Shown piece by piece: positions 1 to 13,500 of a stretch of DNA of 64,000 bases (position 1 is its first letter; every line of letters starts with the position of its first letter). The translations under genes and the position numbers were made by a program. The stretch is taken from NCBI GenBank assembly GCA_976551045.1, contig CDPCPM010000049.1, forward strand, positions 682,001 through 746,000. Reading direction: 5' to 3'. Under the pieces are notes generated by a model. The model was not told the DNA's origin. It ran no database searches and saw only the letters and a list, made by a program, of their open reading frames with translations. The DNA is from Glaucostegus cemiculus (lineage: Eukaryota).

Positions 1-919
1 AACAAAGAGGAATTGATATAATTCAAATATTCCTTCCTTTATAAGAGTTGTGTTATAGATTAATCACACGTGTTGATTCTCTTTCTGTCTGATTTTATGG
101 GCAGTAAAGGCTGCAATATTGGTGGGAAATAAAAGGGAAAAGATCACAGGAATATAAAACATGAATGCATTGAAGCCAATATGTTTCCAGACTCCTTTGC
201 TTTGGCAATAGCTTGCGCACAGAGTGAGTGGAAAGCAACTAAATTACTGCTCAACTGAAATATATTGGAATGTTGCAAAGGTTGGATTGCCTGGCGTAGC
301 CACCTGCAGAATTAAGGGGTTTTAATCCAAAGGTTAGGTTAAATGTTGGTAATTAGCAACTGTCATTGTCGATTAGGTTCGGGTCTGCAATCATTTGCTT
401 CATTTTGAGAGACTTGTTTTGAATCAATGGCAGTTCATAAACTAGAAATCAATTCTTCTGATTCATAAACTACAAATCAAAATAAATACTGCTGCTGACC
501 GGGAATTAGAAAAGAGACAGAAGAGACTGCAGATGATGGAAACTGGAATAAGTAGTAAACTGCCGGACCGCTGAGTTCTTCCAGAAATTCATTTTTTACC
601 AATTGGAATATTTTATTCAACAGACCAACACGAAGCTGACGATTTATGTTAATTTACTTCTGATGAGAAAAATTACAGCTGTAGTTGAAACAAAATGAAG
701 CATATTTGACTAGGGCGTGCCTGTGTATGCTTGAGTTTCAACATATGTAGGTTCCAGATATACACACTAGAGCCTTGGTTCTAATCGCCATTGACCCTCC
801 TTGCCAATGGACCAAGATCTCACTCTGCCAAGATTGCGTGTTAGTTGACTTCAAATGACCAACCCTCGTTAAAGTACTTGACACGCAGGAATTATCCACT
901 TCACAGTGGCGAGTCGTTC

Positions 920-1160
920 CCTATCCACCTACCAATCACCAGCCTCCAACTTTCAACATCACCCTTTCCAACTGACTCCATCTGCCCATCATCCTCCACC
1001 TCACCTGGTTACTCATCACTGACCAGCTCCTGCCTTGTCCCTCCTTCTCACCTATTTCTACCTACCATCCTGCCTCTACCCTCCTGTCCTGATATATGCC
1101 TTGACCCGAAACGTCGGCTGTCCCTTTGACTCCACAGATGCTCAGCAGAGTTCCTATAGC
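920..1160 (+). mobile_element. Degenerate Penelope-associated terminal repeat fragment
   Basis: Motif gacccgaaacgtc...tccacagatgct recurs at 27297-27335; recognised as a common elasmobranch repeat end. Confidence 0.4.
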
Positions 1161-1308
1161 AATTTGAATAGAGGCATCTGCAGTATAGTTATAGAAGTCA
1201 TGGGTCTGTGTGTAGGTATCAATTGACTTCCACTGGAAAATGAATAATGTACAGTAAATGATAAAGTAAACGGTTCCAATCAGCATGTCAAGCAATTTTA
1301 TAGAAAGA

Positions 1309-1314
1309 TTTATT
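1309..1314 (-). terminator. Candidate polyadenylation signal AATAAA for NLR-A
   Basis: tttatt on plus, about 185 nt downstream of the predicted stop. Confidence 0.45.
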
Positions 1315-1498
1315 GCCTTGTATTGAGATAACAATTGAAAACATTACAAATAGAATTAGTAAAATATTGACCGTATCAAGAGAGGCTTATCTTTATACAA
1401 GGTAACTGACAATGCACAAACGATGCATTCAGCAGTTTGGCACTATCACGAAGAGTCCGGTTCCCTGCAGCAGATGCGGCTGTTCTAGCCCGTTAAGT

Positions 1499-1519
1499 CT
1501 AAGCAGATTCTGTCCCAGA
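1499..1519 (-). CDS. NLR-A terminal exon coding part (SGTESA-stop)
   Basis: Acceptor ttgcAG at 1521-1520. The alternative frame LGQNLLRLNG... is homologous to the NLR-B last exon LWGNQFSSDG... Confidence 0.6.
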   Translation of the reverse strand, partial: SGTESA

Positions 1520-4500
1520 CTGCAAAATAACATGAGATTAGAAAATAAAAGCACGGCTTCAAATAACGTAGGGTAACACTCATATATTATGTATTCTCGG
1601 GAACGATGGGTAAAACATGAAAACACAATCAATAAGGAGTCATTCATGTGAAACTGCTCAGCCATTAAGTAACATCATGGTCAGTCAGAATTGACAGCAG
1701 CTCCATGTCACTATTTCACATATCCCCATAAATCTTTTACAAGACATAAATCTATTTTGGCCTTGAATTAATTCCAAAGCATCTGGGATAGGTGATTCCG
1801 ATGTTTGAGGACATAATAAGGATGACTCCCTATTTTGAATCTGTCCCTGTTTCCAGACTTCCCCTGGTCGAGCAAACGGCCAATCAGCAGCTACCTTGAA
1901 CAAAATGGTAGTGTTATTTCAAAGTGCTCTCATTTCATTCTTTGAAACTTCAATGAGCACAGGTCCAACCTCCTCAGCCTTCCACTGATCCATTGAGGTG
2001 TGTTCCATCAGTGCACGTACGTCCCTCCTTGAATAAGTGAACCAAAACTACACGCACTACTCCAGATATGATTCATTAATGTATTGTACAGATGGAGTAG
2101 AATTTTCTTGCTTTTATACTGCTTTGCAATGAAGGCCTACATTCCATTTGCCTCACTTATTACTTGCTGTGCGCCAAAATCCAATAGTTGTAGAGGCCGA
2201 AAATCTGATATTGAAATAGAAAATGCTCGTCATGTTCATCAAGCCACAAAGCTTTCACAAAGGGGGTGAAAAATTGGTAGTTGCTTCAATTTTCTAGTTG
2301 GTAGATATGAGTAAGACATTGTGTGGGGTTCTATGCATTGCAATAGACATTAGAAGATACACTTACTGCATCTACTCCAGACTCCTGCTGATCAGTGGTG
2401 GAGAAAGGGGAATCAGGTTGGTCTGATGAGAAGCTTGATCCCAAGTTGACATCCTTCATTTTTTGAACTGTACTGAGACTGGAGATGAGATCCTCGGAGC
2501 AGGAATCAGAGATCCCAATCCTGGCAAGTCTAATAGAGGGGTGAGAGTGAGTGAGTAAGTGAGAGAGGGAGCGAGAGCACAAAGGGCTGATAGAGGGAGA
2601 GTGATGGAGGGAAGGGGCGGAGAGAGAAAAAGAGGCAAAAAGAGAGAGGGAGAGAGAAATTAGAACAAGAATAGGTCTCCATTTCTATGTAACGATGGAA
2701 TGCTACGGAAACAGTACACCAGTAATAATCGTGGAAAGCCGGGACAAGCTAAGTGTCAAGAGTGCCCATCACAGGCCGATATTCACCCCAGTTTCTCTAT
2801 TTTACATTCTGGATCCATCAGAGCTTCGTTCAGCACTTTCATTCCTGTGTCTCCCAGTTTATTGTCATTCAAGTACAATCCCGTCAACGAGTCATTTTTC
2901 ATGAGCGCAGATGCAAGATCCTCTGCACAAGACGGCGTGAGGCCATTATTGTTCAATCTGTCAGAGAATCAAATCTCATAACATTATAAAAATAAAGACA
3001 GGAATGTGACAAAAGTTGCTGCGAATAACTGTATTTCCTATTTACGAATTAGAACATAGTTATGGGCTGATATTGAGGCTTCAATCATCCATAAATTATA
3101 CCAGGCTTTCAGAATCTCCCATACGTTCACTCAGTTAGGTGCTTACCGCAATTCCTGTATCTTGCATTCTGTGTCCTTCAGAGCTTCAGACAGCAATTTC
3201 ACTCCTGAATCTCCCAAATTATTATCACCCAGTGAGAGGTCCGTCAATGAGGGATTAGTGCTGAGAGCGGAGGCAAGATCCCAGGCACAAGAAGCTGTCA
3301 GACCGTTATTATTTAGACTAGGAATGAGAGAAAGGAAACAAAATTAAAATGAGCTTTGGATGGGAAGGAACGAATCCGACCAAATGTCTTACATTTAGTT
3401 GTAGTCTCACATTTACAGAATAGAGCAGGGAATTCTGTGCTGTCTTTAAAGACTTTAATCTTTCCTCAGTGTTATTAATGCTTTTAGAAATTGCTTTCAT
3501 CTCATTCAATCTGACACTTGCCTCAGCTCCTGTATGTTACAGACTGGGTCCCTGAGAGCCGCAGACAACACTTTCACTCCAGAATCTCCCAATTCGTTTT
3601 CACCTAGATCTAGTTCAGTCAGTGTTGGTGTTGTATTGACAGTGGAGGCGAGATCTTGGGCACAAGAGGCGGTAAGACCATTTTTATTCAAGCTAAGGAT
3701 TGGGGGAAAAAATTTAAAGATTATAAACATAAGAAGATCAGTAAATGTATTGCAAACAAGTGTAAGCATCACAGTCTATCACATGTACTATCATATGTAC
3801 TGTTGGAGAAGTTTAATTCATGTACATTATTGCTCCATTGAGAATCATCCACAGTCTCAGTCAATCACGTACTTACCAAAGTTTCTGTATTTTACAGTCT
3901 GGGTCCCTCAGAGCTGTAGATAGCACTTTCACACCTGAATCTCCCAGGTTGTTATCGCCCAGTTCCAGCTTCGTCAGCGAAGGTGTTGTGCAGAGCGCGG
4001 AGGCAAGATCCTCGGCACAAGAAGCAGTGAGACCGTTGTTATTCATCCTTGGCATGAGAGAAGAAAAGACGTAATTTGAAGATTAAAATAAAGACAGGAA
4101 TATTGGTGACTTTGGTGTGAATGACTGATGCTCAACATTTACACAACAGAGTACGGGAATATGAGCTGCAGTGAAGGCCTCTTAACTCTGAAATGTATTG
4201 AGATTTTCAGAATATCTCAAAGACTCCCTCAGGAAGACACTTACCCCAGTTCCTGTATCGGACACTCTGAGTCCCTTAGAGCAACGGTCAGTCGCTTCAT
4301 TCCCGAATCTCCCAGTTTATTATGACCCAGGTCTAGCTCCTTCAGAGAACGGTTTGTACTGAGAGCTGGAGCGAACATTTTGGCACAAGAAGCCGTGAGT
4401 CCGTTATTGTTCAGACTAGAATCAAAAAAAGTAAAAAACACAGAGTAAAAGAATGACAGGAAGATTACTGAATTGTTTCAAGTAATTGCATACTTGCATT

Positions 4501-7500
4501 AATAGATTAGAGCTTGCGAATCAGTGTGTTTATAAAAAGTACATTCATCCATACACTTCATTCCGTCCTTGGTCTCGTATCCGCTCACAGAATCTTACCG
4601 CAATGTCTGTATTTTACAGTCCTGTATCGTCAGAGCTTCAGAAAACTGTTCCACTCCAGAATCTTCCAGTTCATTATCACCCAGGTCAATCTCCGTCAGT
4701 GACCGGTTTGTGCAGAGAGCAGAGGCCAGATCCTCAGCACAAGAGGCTGTAAGATTGTTATTATTCAGGCTGAGGGTCAGAAAATGGAGCCAAATAAAGA
4801 GATGAAAGGAAAGCAGGAGAATTGCTCAATGTGTTTTGAATAATTATAGTGAAGTAGTTACAAATAAGTGCTTTGGATGTCTTACTGGTATTGAACCATT
4901 TTTCATCCTTAAACATTATAAGAGCTATTCTCACACGATCGTGTGCTTACCGTAGTTTCTGTATTTTACACTCAGGGTTCCTCAGAGCTTCACACAGTCG
5001 TTTCACTCCAGAATCTTCGAGTTTGTTATTACCCAGCCCCAGCTCTGTCAACAACGAGTTTGCAGTGACAGCCGAGACTAGATCTTCGGCACAGGAATGC
5101 GTCAGATTGTTATTATCCAGTCTGTGGTACAACAGAAACACTATGTGAGAGAGAGAGAGAGAAAAAGAAAAAGTGATGAAAATGAACAAACGAAAGAGAA
5201 ACAAGATGACAAAGAATGCAGCAGGAAAGTGAGATGGAAGAAGAAAGAAGATAGAAAGAGCAAGGGAAAGTGTGAAAGAGACAAAACAAAGTTGAAATGA
5301 AAAGAGAGAGAGAGAGAGAAAATACCAACAGAGAGCAATATGGAATATGAGATGGGGGTCGGCGTAAAGAGAGAAGAGGCAAACTATATATAAATAATGG
5401 AGAGAGCGAGGAAAAAAGGTGAAGAGAAGAAAGAAGACAGAAAGTGTAAAGACAGTGGAATAGTGGACGACGTAAGAGGGAAATGGGGAGAGAGTAACTG
5501 GTGGAGGGGGGGAAACAGAAAGGACGGTAGAAAGTAATGTGGAAGGAGGGTACTACAGGGGAAATATGGACACAGAATTAAAAGAGAAAGATGAGAGAGA
5601 AATAATGAAAACAGGGAAATAGCAAGAATAAGGTAATATCATGGCAGTTTTGAAATACATGTTAATTATAAATCTGCCTCTACCAATAATAAAATGTAGA
5701 TTTGAAATATCTAGATATTCTGTTTACAATTTCACATAGTTCGTGTCTTACCCCAATGCTTGTATTTCTGACTTAGGTTCAGTCAAAATCTTGGACAATA
5801 TTTTCATTCCGGAATCTCCCAGGTTATTTCCTTCCAACCTGAACATAAATGGACAGATGATGCCAAATTATGGATGTCTGATAGATTTGGTGCTTTCACT
5901 GAGCATTGTGAAAACATGAAATGTATCATATATAGAACAGCATCTCCTATAAATTAAAGTCAAAGAACGTTATACCTATTGAAGGAACAATGCGTTTCTG
6001 AAAACCTTTAAATGCTCCTCGCCATTTTCCCTATTCACTGGCCATCAGAAATATCCTCCAGGACTTTTGTCAGGACGAAAGAAATTCGTTTTATGTTTGT
6101 TGCTTCATCATTATCATGTTGTTTTCGGAATAGGCGATCTCTGCTTCCAACTAAAATAATTTCTAAATGATATTTTGTTTTAGTTTTACAATCACTTGCT
6201 ACTCCTGAAAGTACAATCCAGATTTTTTTTCCCCCATCTGGAAGGCAGTAATGTTTTCTAAGTTCTGTCGAAATGTTGAATTTCGATCAAATAAGAATGC
6301 AATGCCACATTTTGATTGACGTCACAAAATCCGTATTGGTGGTGGCGTCAAGCTGGTAGATATGAAGAATGTTGGGAGTATCGGTGTGATACTTCTACGC
6401 ATCAGTGAAATGTTTTGCACCTTCTTCATGCAATTATACTTATCATAATTCTGAACTATTACTGCCAAGACAATGGCTTTCTTTTCCTTTCTCATACCAT
6501 AGCTGTTTGATGCTAAATTGCCACTAAAATGGGTAAAAACAACCGCCTTGAGTAAAATGGATGAGTATTAGTTCTCAATCCCATTGACTAATTTACTCAT
6601 GGGAACTGAAAAAAAATCAGATGCTACTGTATGCTAAACAAACAGGGATTATATTTTGATTAATCAGTAATTGTTTAGTTGTAAATATTTGCTTGCTGTG
6701 GGACCAAAATTTGATTTCTTTAAGAATTGCAGTACAAATTGTAGCTCATGTTGTTCCATTGTTTAAGAAAGGCTTAAAGAGTAAACCAGGTAATTACAGG
6801 CCAGTGAGCCTGACATCAGTAGTATGAAAATTATTGGAAGGTGTTCTGAGAGATAGGACATATAAGTATTTGGGCAGCCAAGGGTTGATTAAGGATAGTC
6901 AGCATGGATTTGTGCGAGGTAGATCGTGTTTAATGAACCTTGGAGTTTTTTTGAGGAGGTCACTAAGAAAATAGATGAAGGAAAGGCTGTGGATGTAGTC
7001 TACATGGACTTTAGTAAGGCCTTTGACAAGGTCCCACATGGGAGATCCGTTCAGAGGGTTCAGTCAATGGATATCCATGGAAAGGTTGCAAACTGGATTC
7101 GAAATTGGCTGAGTGGGAGAAGACAGAGTGGTTGTAGATGGTTGTTTCTGAGACTGGAGGCCTGTGACTAGTGGTGTGCCTCAGGGATCTGTTTTGGGGC
7201 CATTATTGTTTGTTGTATAAATCAATGATCTAGATGATAATGTGGTAAATTGGATTAGTAAATTTGTGGGTGACACTAAGATTGGAGGTGTAGTGGACAG
7301 CAAGGAAGGCTTTCAAAGCTTGCAGAGGGATCTGAACCAAATGGAAAAATGGTCCAGAAAATGGCAGATGGAATTTAATGCAGACAAATGTGAGGTGTTG
7401 CATTTTGGAAGGACAAATCAAGGTAGGACATACGCAGTAAATGGTAGGGCACCGAGGAGTGCAGAGGAACAAAGGGATCTGGGAGTTCAGGTACATTTTT

Positions 7501-10500
7501 CCTTGAAAGTGGTGTCACGGGTAGACAGGGTTGTAAAGAAGGCTTTTGGCATTCTGGCATTTATAAATCAAAGAATTGAGTATAAGAGTTGGAATGTTTT
7601 GGTAAGGCTGTATAAATCATTGGTGAGACCAAATTTGGAATATTGTGTGCAGTTCTGGTCGCTGAACTACAGGAAGGATGTCAGTAAAATTGAAAGAGTG
7701 CAGAGGAGATTTACTAGAATGTTGCTGGGTCTTCAGGAGTTGAGTTACAGGGAAAGATTGAACAGGTTAGGACTTTATTCCTTGGAGTGCAGAAGAAATG
7801 CAGAAGAGTGCAGAAAGGGAAGACATGATAGAAGTTTACAAAATGATGAGGGGCATATTAATACAAGTAGGCTTTTTCCACCCAGATTAGGAGAGATGAG
7901 TATGAGAGGACATGGCTTTAGGGTGAAAGGGGAAAGGTTTTGGGGGGAACATTAGGGGGAACTCCTTCACTCAGAGAGTGGTGGGAGTGTGGAACGAGCT
8001 GCCATCTGACGTGGTAAATGCGGGCTCACTCTTAAGCTCTAAGAATAACTTGGATAGGTACATGGACAGGAGAGGTCTGGAGGGTTATGGACTGGGTGCA
8101 GGTCAATGGGACTAGCAGAATAATGTTTCAGCACAGACTAGAAGGAAATCAGTTAGTAATTTGTAGAGTATTGAGAAAGTTGGTGCTCTATTGGTATGCA
8201 AAAGAATAAAAATCACGTTAATGACATATTTTGTTGCAAATTCAGTTGATATTGAATGAAAGAAATAAAGAATCACCTCAGCACTTGGCATTTATGCAGG
8301 ACCGGTTCAAGGCGCAGGAGCCCTTCATGCTGAAGAAAGCAGTTCTGAAGATCAAGCTGGCTTATTTTATGACAGAGTTTAATGGCATGCGACACCACAG
8401 CACAATCAATTGGTGTGAGTGATAATGCCTTCTCAGGATCTGAGTCTCCAAATGCAAGTGTTGGCACAGAGCCCAGCGTAGTTTCAGCAAGTCTACGATT
8501 CTGAGTCTCAAACAGAAAGTGCAATGTGTTCAGCAGGGTTCTTTTACCAGTTTCACTCCACGTGCTTCCAATCTGGTTTTTCACCTTCTCCTTCACCCAG
8601 TCAATAACTCGGCATGTTGTTTCGTGAGGAAATGTTCCCAGAAACTCTTGCAGTGGTCGAGCTGACCCAGGGAAGGAGAGACCAGCAACAAAACGCAGCA
8701 ATACCTCAAATCGCCCATCTTTCTCGCTGTGGGTTTCAGTGAGGAGCTTCCAGATATCCCCAGGATCTGGAGTCAGGAATTGTGCAAGTGCGGCCACAAA
8801 TTCTTGGATGGTAAGGTGTGGGAAGGTGTACACCACATTCTGGATACAATCTTCTCTCTCCAAAAGTTCCACCAGGAAACCAGACAGGAACTGGGAAGGC
8901 TGCAGATTGTGTTCGGTCAAATCTTCATTTCTAAACACAATTTTCTTCTCGGCCACTCCTCTGAAGGCCATCTTACCCACCCTCAGCAACATATCTTGAC
9001 AATTTTCAGTCCCTGTGACATGTTTCTTAAGGATGTCGTAAATAAAAAAAGAATATAATTGGGTGATAGTCTTGGGAATTAGCTGCAGCTTCCTGTCTCT
9101 TTGTGTGAAGAAGGGTCCTAGTGTCTGGCCGAGGATGCAGCAGTAGGAGGGATTGTAGCTCATGGTGTACAGGATCTCGTTCTCCTTAATGTGTTTGAAA
9201 ACAGCTGCTGCCACAGTCTGATCTTCAAAAAACCTATTGAAATATTCTTCCCGTTCCTTGCCAACAAATCCCATGATTTCAACCCAGGGATTGATCTGCG
9301 CTTTTTCCAGCAAATGCAACGCAGTGGGACGGGTGGTCAGTAGCACTGAACATCCTGGGAGCAGCTTGCGCTGTATCAGACTGTACACAATGTCAGATAC
9401 TTCGCAAACACATTCGGGATCAGTGCAGATATGCTGAGGTTTTCTGTTTCTCTCATCGTCATTAAAATCGATATGGCCCTTGAATTCATCAAAACCGTCA
9501 AATATAAACAGCAAAACAGTTGGATTCTTCCAGATTTCTTCTATAACATCCTCCAGATAAGGAAATGAATTTAAAATCAGCTGTTTCAAAGTCACTTTGC
9601 CGTTAATGCCATTCAGATCACGGAATTTAAAACTGAAAACAAATTGAAACTCTGGGTATAGGGTCCCCGTGGCCCAGTCGTGAACTATTTTCTGCACCAA
9701 GGTTGTTTTTCCAATCCCTGGGACTCCACAGGCAGCTGCTGAACACCCTGAATTAAATTCCTCAGCATGCCCGTTAGATCTCTGCACCAGACGGACTTCC
9801 CGGGACAAGCTACTTCGAAATAACTGATTGATGTGGATTTTTTCCAGATTTTTCTTTAGATTCCATGCTCTGAATTCTTCATGATCTTTGCCACGTGCCA
9901 AAAGCTCATGCTCCACCAGCTTCCATTGTCGGATCGGAGAAACGATCGTCAATTCGGTGTATCGGTCACCCAGCTGGGAAATCTTAACCTTTTCCTTCAT
10001 CGGGCTTGTCTTCATTTCAAATCTCTCATTCAGCTTTCGGAGCGTTTCTTTGTGTTCCTTGTGAACATCTTTGATCAGAGCAAAAAGGGTTTTAGCACTT
10101 CCCTGCGTTATGAATTGCAAAATTAAGTTGCGGCTGTGTACGATTTCGATTCGAATGTAATATTGTTGCCGGTTATTTGTACGGAACTAGACGTTAAATG
10201 TAACATTCCCAACATGGAACTGAGTGTTTATAATGATCTTGCTCTCCCCTTGATTCATTGCCTTTCCCTTCCCATTCTGTGCATCTCTGTCTCTTACCTC
10301 TCCAATTCTCCCTCCCCCCCCCAACCTCGCGCTCCCTCCTCCCAACCTCCCACGTTATCCACCCTCCCACCATGCCCACTCGACTCGTCTCACTGCTTCA
10401 GTTCATGCACAGCTGCCTCTACCCAACCCTTTCTCTCTTGCGACTCAACTCCTTGCCCTCGCTCTCCTCTCCTACCATGCTTCATTCCTTATCTTCCCAG

Positions 10501-13500
10501 GACACCCCGTTACTCTGCCCATGCCATCATCCTCCAAATGTCTACCCCTTTGCCAACCCCTTCCTATTTATTGCCCCCACATCACTCTCTCTATCATCTC
10601 CCTCTCCTTTCCATCCATGCACCATCTTTCTCTTCAACACTAAATGAAATGTATTTCTTCTTCCTGGATACGTAGTGTTTGTCATTTTCATAGGGACCTT
10701 GAATTGTTACTCAAAGGGAAGTAGAGCAGTGTTATGGAGAAAGGGGAAGGCAGGACTAATTAGACAGCTCTGTCACACAACTGACAATCAATTAAATGGG
10801 CCAAACTTTTTTCCTGCACTTTATATGTCGATATCAAAAGCAACTCTTCTGTTCTTCCTTTCTTAATTATCTTTGTCAAAGATGCAAATGGTGACATGTC
10901 CCCCAGCCATGCATTGCTGAAGTTGCAGGAAAATAAAAAAAATCTCAATGATCATTAGGGGCACAGATAAGGGGACTGGTAACAGCTTTTATCCCAATTT
11001 AAAGAGTATCAAACTGATGGGCATAGGCTTAAGGTGTGAGGAGAAAGATTTAAATGGCACATGAGGGACAGGGTTTCCACACAGACGGTAACAGTTTTAT
11101 TGAATGAGCTGACAGAGGAAGTGCTAGAGGCGGGTGCAATTATAACTTTTAACAACCATTAGGCAGGCCCATTTATAGGAACAATTTGGAGTGATATGGG
11201 CCAAACGCAAGGAAATGGGACTAGCTCAGTTAGGCAACAGTTGGCATGGACAAGTTGGGCAAAGGGCCTGTTCCCATGCAACATAACTCTCTAAACAGCT
11301 GAATGCCGAGTAACCTACAAATTATTTCCATTTGAATATCAATTTTTATCAGTCCTTAGTCTTCAAACAATTGGAAAAGTTTGCTGTTATTACAAGAACA
11401 TTTCAATACAAGATGTATTTCTGCTGTTATAAAGAATCTTGATGAGACCACATCTGGGATACACTTGTAAGGAGAGAGAGAAGGAGAGAGAATAACAAAG
11501 AGAGAGAATGTCAACAATGAATTATGAGATTCATTCTTGAAAAGGAGCGGGGCGGTGATCCAATGAAGAGTTTAAGGAGAATGGACCAATACTCCAGAAC
11601 TTAGAATGAGCTGTGATTCAACTTAAAGCAACAAACTTCACACAGAGCTTGACGTGCTAAATGGAGGGATGGAACAAATTGCGCTGCACTGGCCACCAGA
11701 ATTGGGTGTCATTGCCCCAAAGGAAGGGTTGGCCACTCAAGACTGGGATGAAGAGAAATCTTTGGAATTCTCCATCAAATCAGTCGTGCAGTCTCTGTCG
11801 CTGTGTATAATGGATATTAAGGGAATCACACATGGGACGAGTGCTTGAGAGTGGCTCTGAGGTAAAAGATCAGTCAATAGCTGATTAAATGGAAGCTCAA
11901 TTAAGAAGGATGGAGTCACCTGCCCTTGTTTCTATTCACGAGCTCTTACTGAGCTTCCAAGAATGGACAGCTGACGGAGGACACAATTGAATTCTCCCTG
12001 ACGTGAATCTGGATATGCGAACACAAGTGAAACAAGAAGAACCCTATTTCCATTGCAAGTAGGTAGAATTAAATGTCTGTTGAAGTATATGACTAAAGAG
12101 TAGGCATTGCTGCCAACTTGGAATCCCTGCCCATTTCCATGGCTCGTTCACACTTCCGGACCCGAGCACTGCCAGCTTTTATGGCTAACCATTTATTGCC
12201 ATGGAAAGGCAGTGGTGAGCCATCTTCTTGAACCTCTGCAGCCTTTCTTATCAACGAAGATGCTGAGTGGAGTTGAAGGAGTGAGACGTTGGTGATGAAG
12301 ACACCGTGATATATTTCCAAGCCTGGATGTTGTGAGACATGGAGTGAAAGTGCGGATGGTGGTGGTTTTCCTATGTTTACTGCGTGTTTGCAGCATGGAA
12401 GGGATTGGAGTTGACGAGGTGCATAACGGCATTGCATTTTATAGATGCCACGTACTTCAGCCACTGTGTGCTATTGGTGGAGGGAATGAATACTTTGTGT
12501 AGTGAAGTACAAATCAAGTCAACTGCTTTGCTTTGGCCAACGTCAAGCTTCATGAGTATTGTTGAAACTGAACTCATCTTGGCAAGCGCCCTCCGAACGT
12601 GAATTGTTGAGTGGAAAAGTTTGTGGTGTCAGGAGATGACACAATCACCTCAGGATGCCCAGTGTCTGAACGTTGGCAGCACAGGATCTATATGGCTGAC
12701 TAGTTCAGCTGTGCTATTAGGAAACGCTGAGCCCTAGAAGGTTGATACTGAGGGTTTCAATGGGGGATTGGGGGCGGGTGCATTCAATGGCAGGAGCTAG
12801 TGGTTAAACTCCACTGTTGAAGACATCTGGCATTTTTCTATCAGTTACCGTGGATTACCTTGACTCAAAGTAGTCCAGTCTCTGCTATATATAGACACGA
12901 AGCCTGTCAACTGTGAAGGAGTTGTCCATGGAATTGAAGCTTGTGCAATCATTAGCCAAGAGCCCACTTCTGACCTTATGATGGAAGGAAGGCCGTTGAT
13001 GAAGCAACTGAAGATTATGGGGTAAAGGAACGTCGTGGGGCTGGTATCTTTTATCTTTAACAAATACAACCCTTTGAGCGCGATGTGACTTCAACCGTTT
13101 GGTGCATTGTCCTAGATGCTCTCTTGGCTTCAGTTTTATCAGGACAAGCTAACAAATTATATGGTTAAATGCTGCCTTAGTGTTGCTACACCACCTACCT
13201 TTCAGGTGACTGGGTACTTCCGGTATTCTTTCTGGGATGGCTGCATAGCTTGGAAGAGCGGTACCTGTTTGAACCAAGCACAACCGATGAGCTTGTAGAT
13301 GCGTTACATCAGTACAATAGGCTGCTTTAACATTGACATTAAGGTGAGAATGCGATGGAAGTATACCGTGTTCCTCCACGTCTTTCAAAATGCTGTCCAG
13401 TTTAGGTACTCCATGACGCATGTTTGCAAAGGATTCCCACATAACTCTTTGGGCTGAGGGACCTTTCATCATCACCATATCCAGGAGAAGTTTGGAGCTT

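Noticed and set aside
2700-5148. Plus-strand ORFs with repeated FTPESP...AEARSSAQEAVR motifs (also minus-strand ORFs at 60538-61429)
   Set aside because: They are antisense shadows of the LRR exons, not independent genes.
8750-8900. High nucleotide similarity with 56993-57150 suggesting recent gene conversion between the NACHT exons
   Set aside because: Many synonymous differences are present, which fits purifying selection on the winged-helix region rather than recent conversion.
10136-10675. 179-aa Pro/Ser/Leu-rich ORF
   Set aside because: Product of a C/T low-complexity intronic tract; no domain signal.
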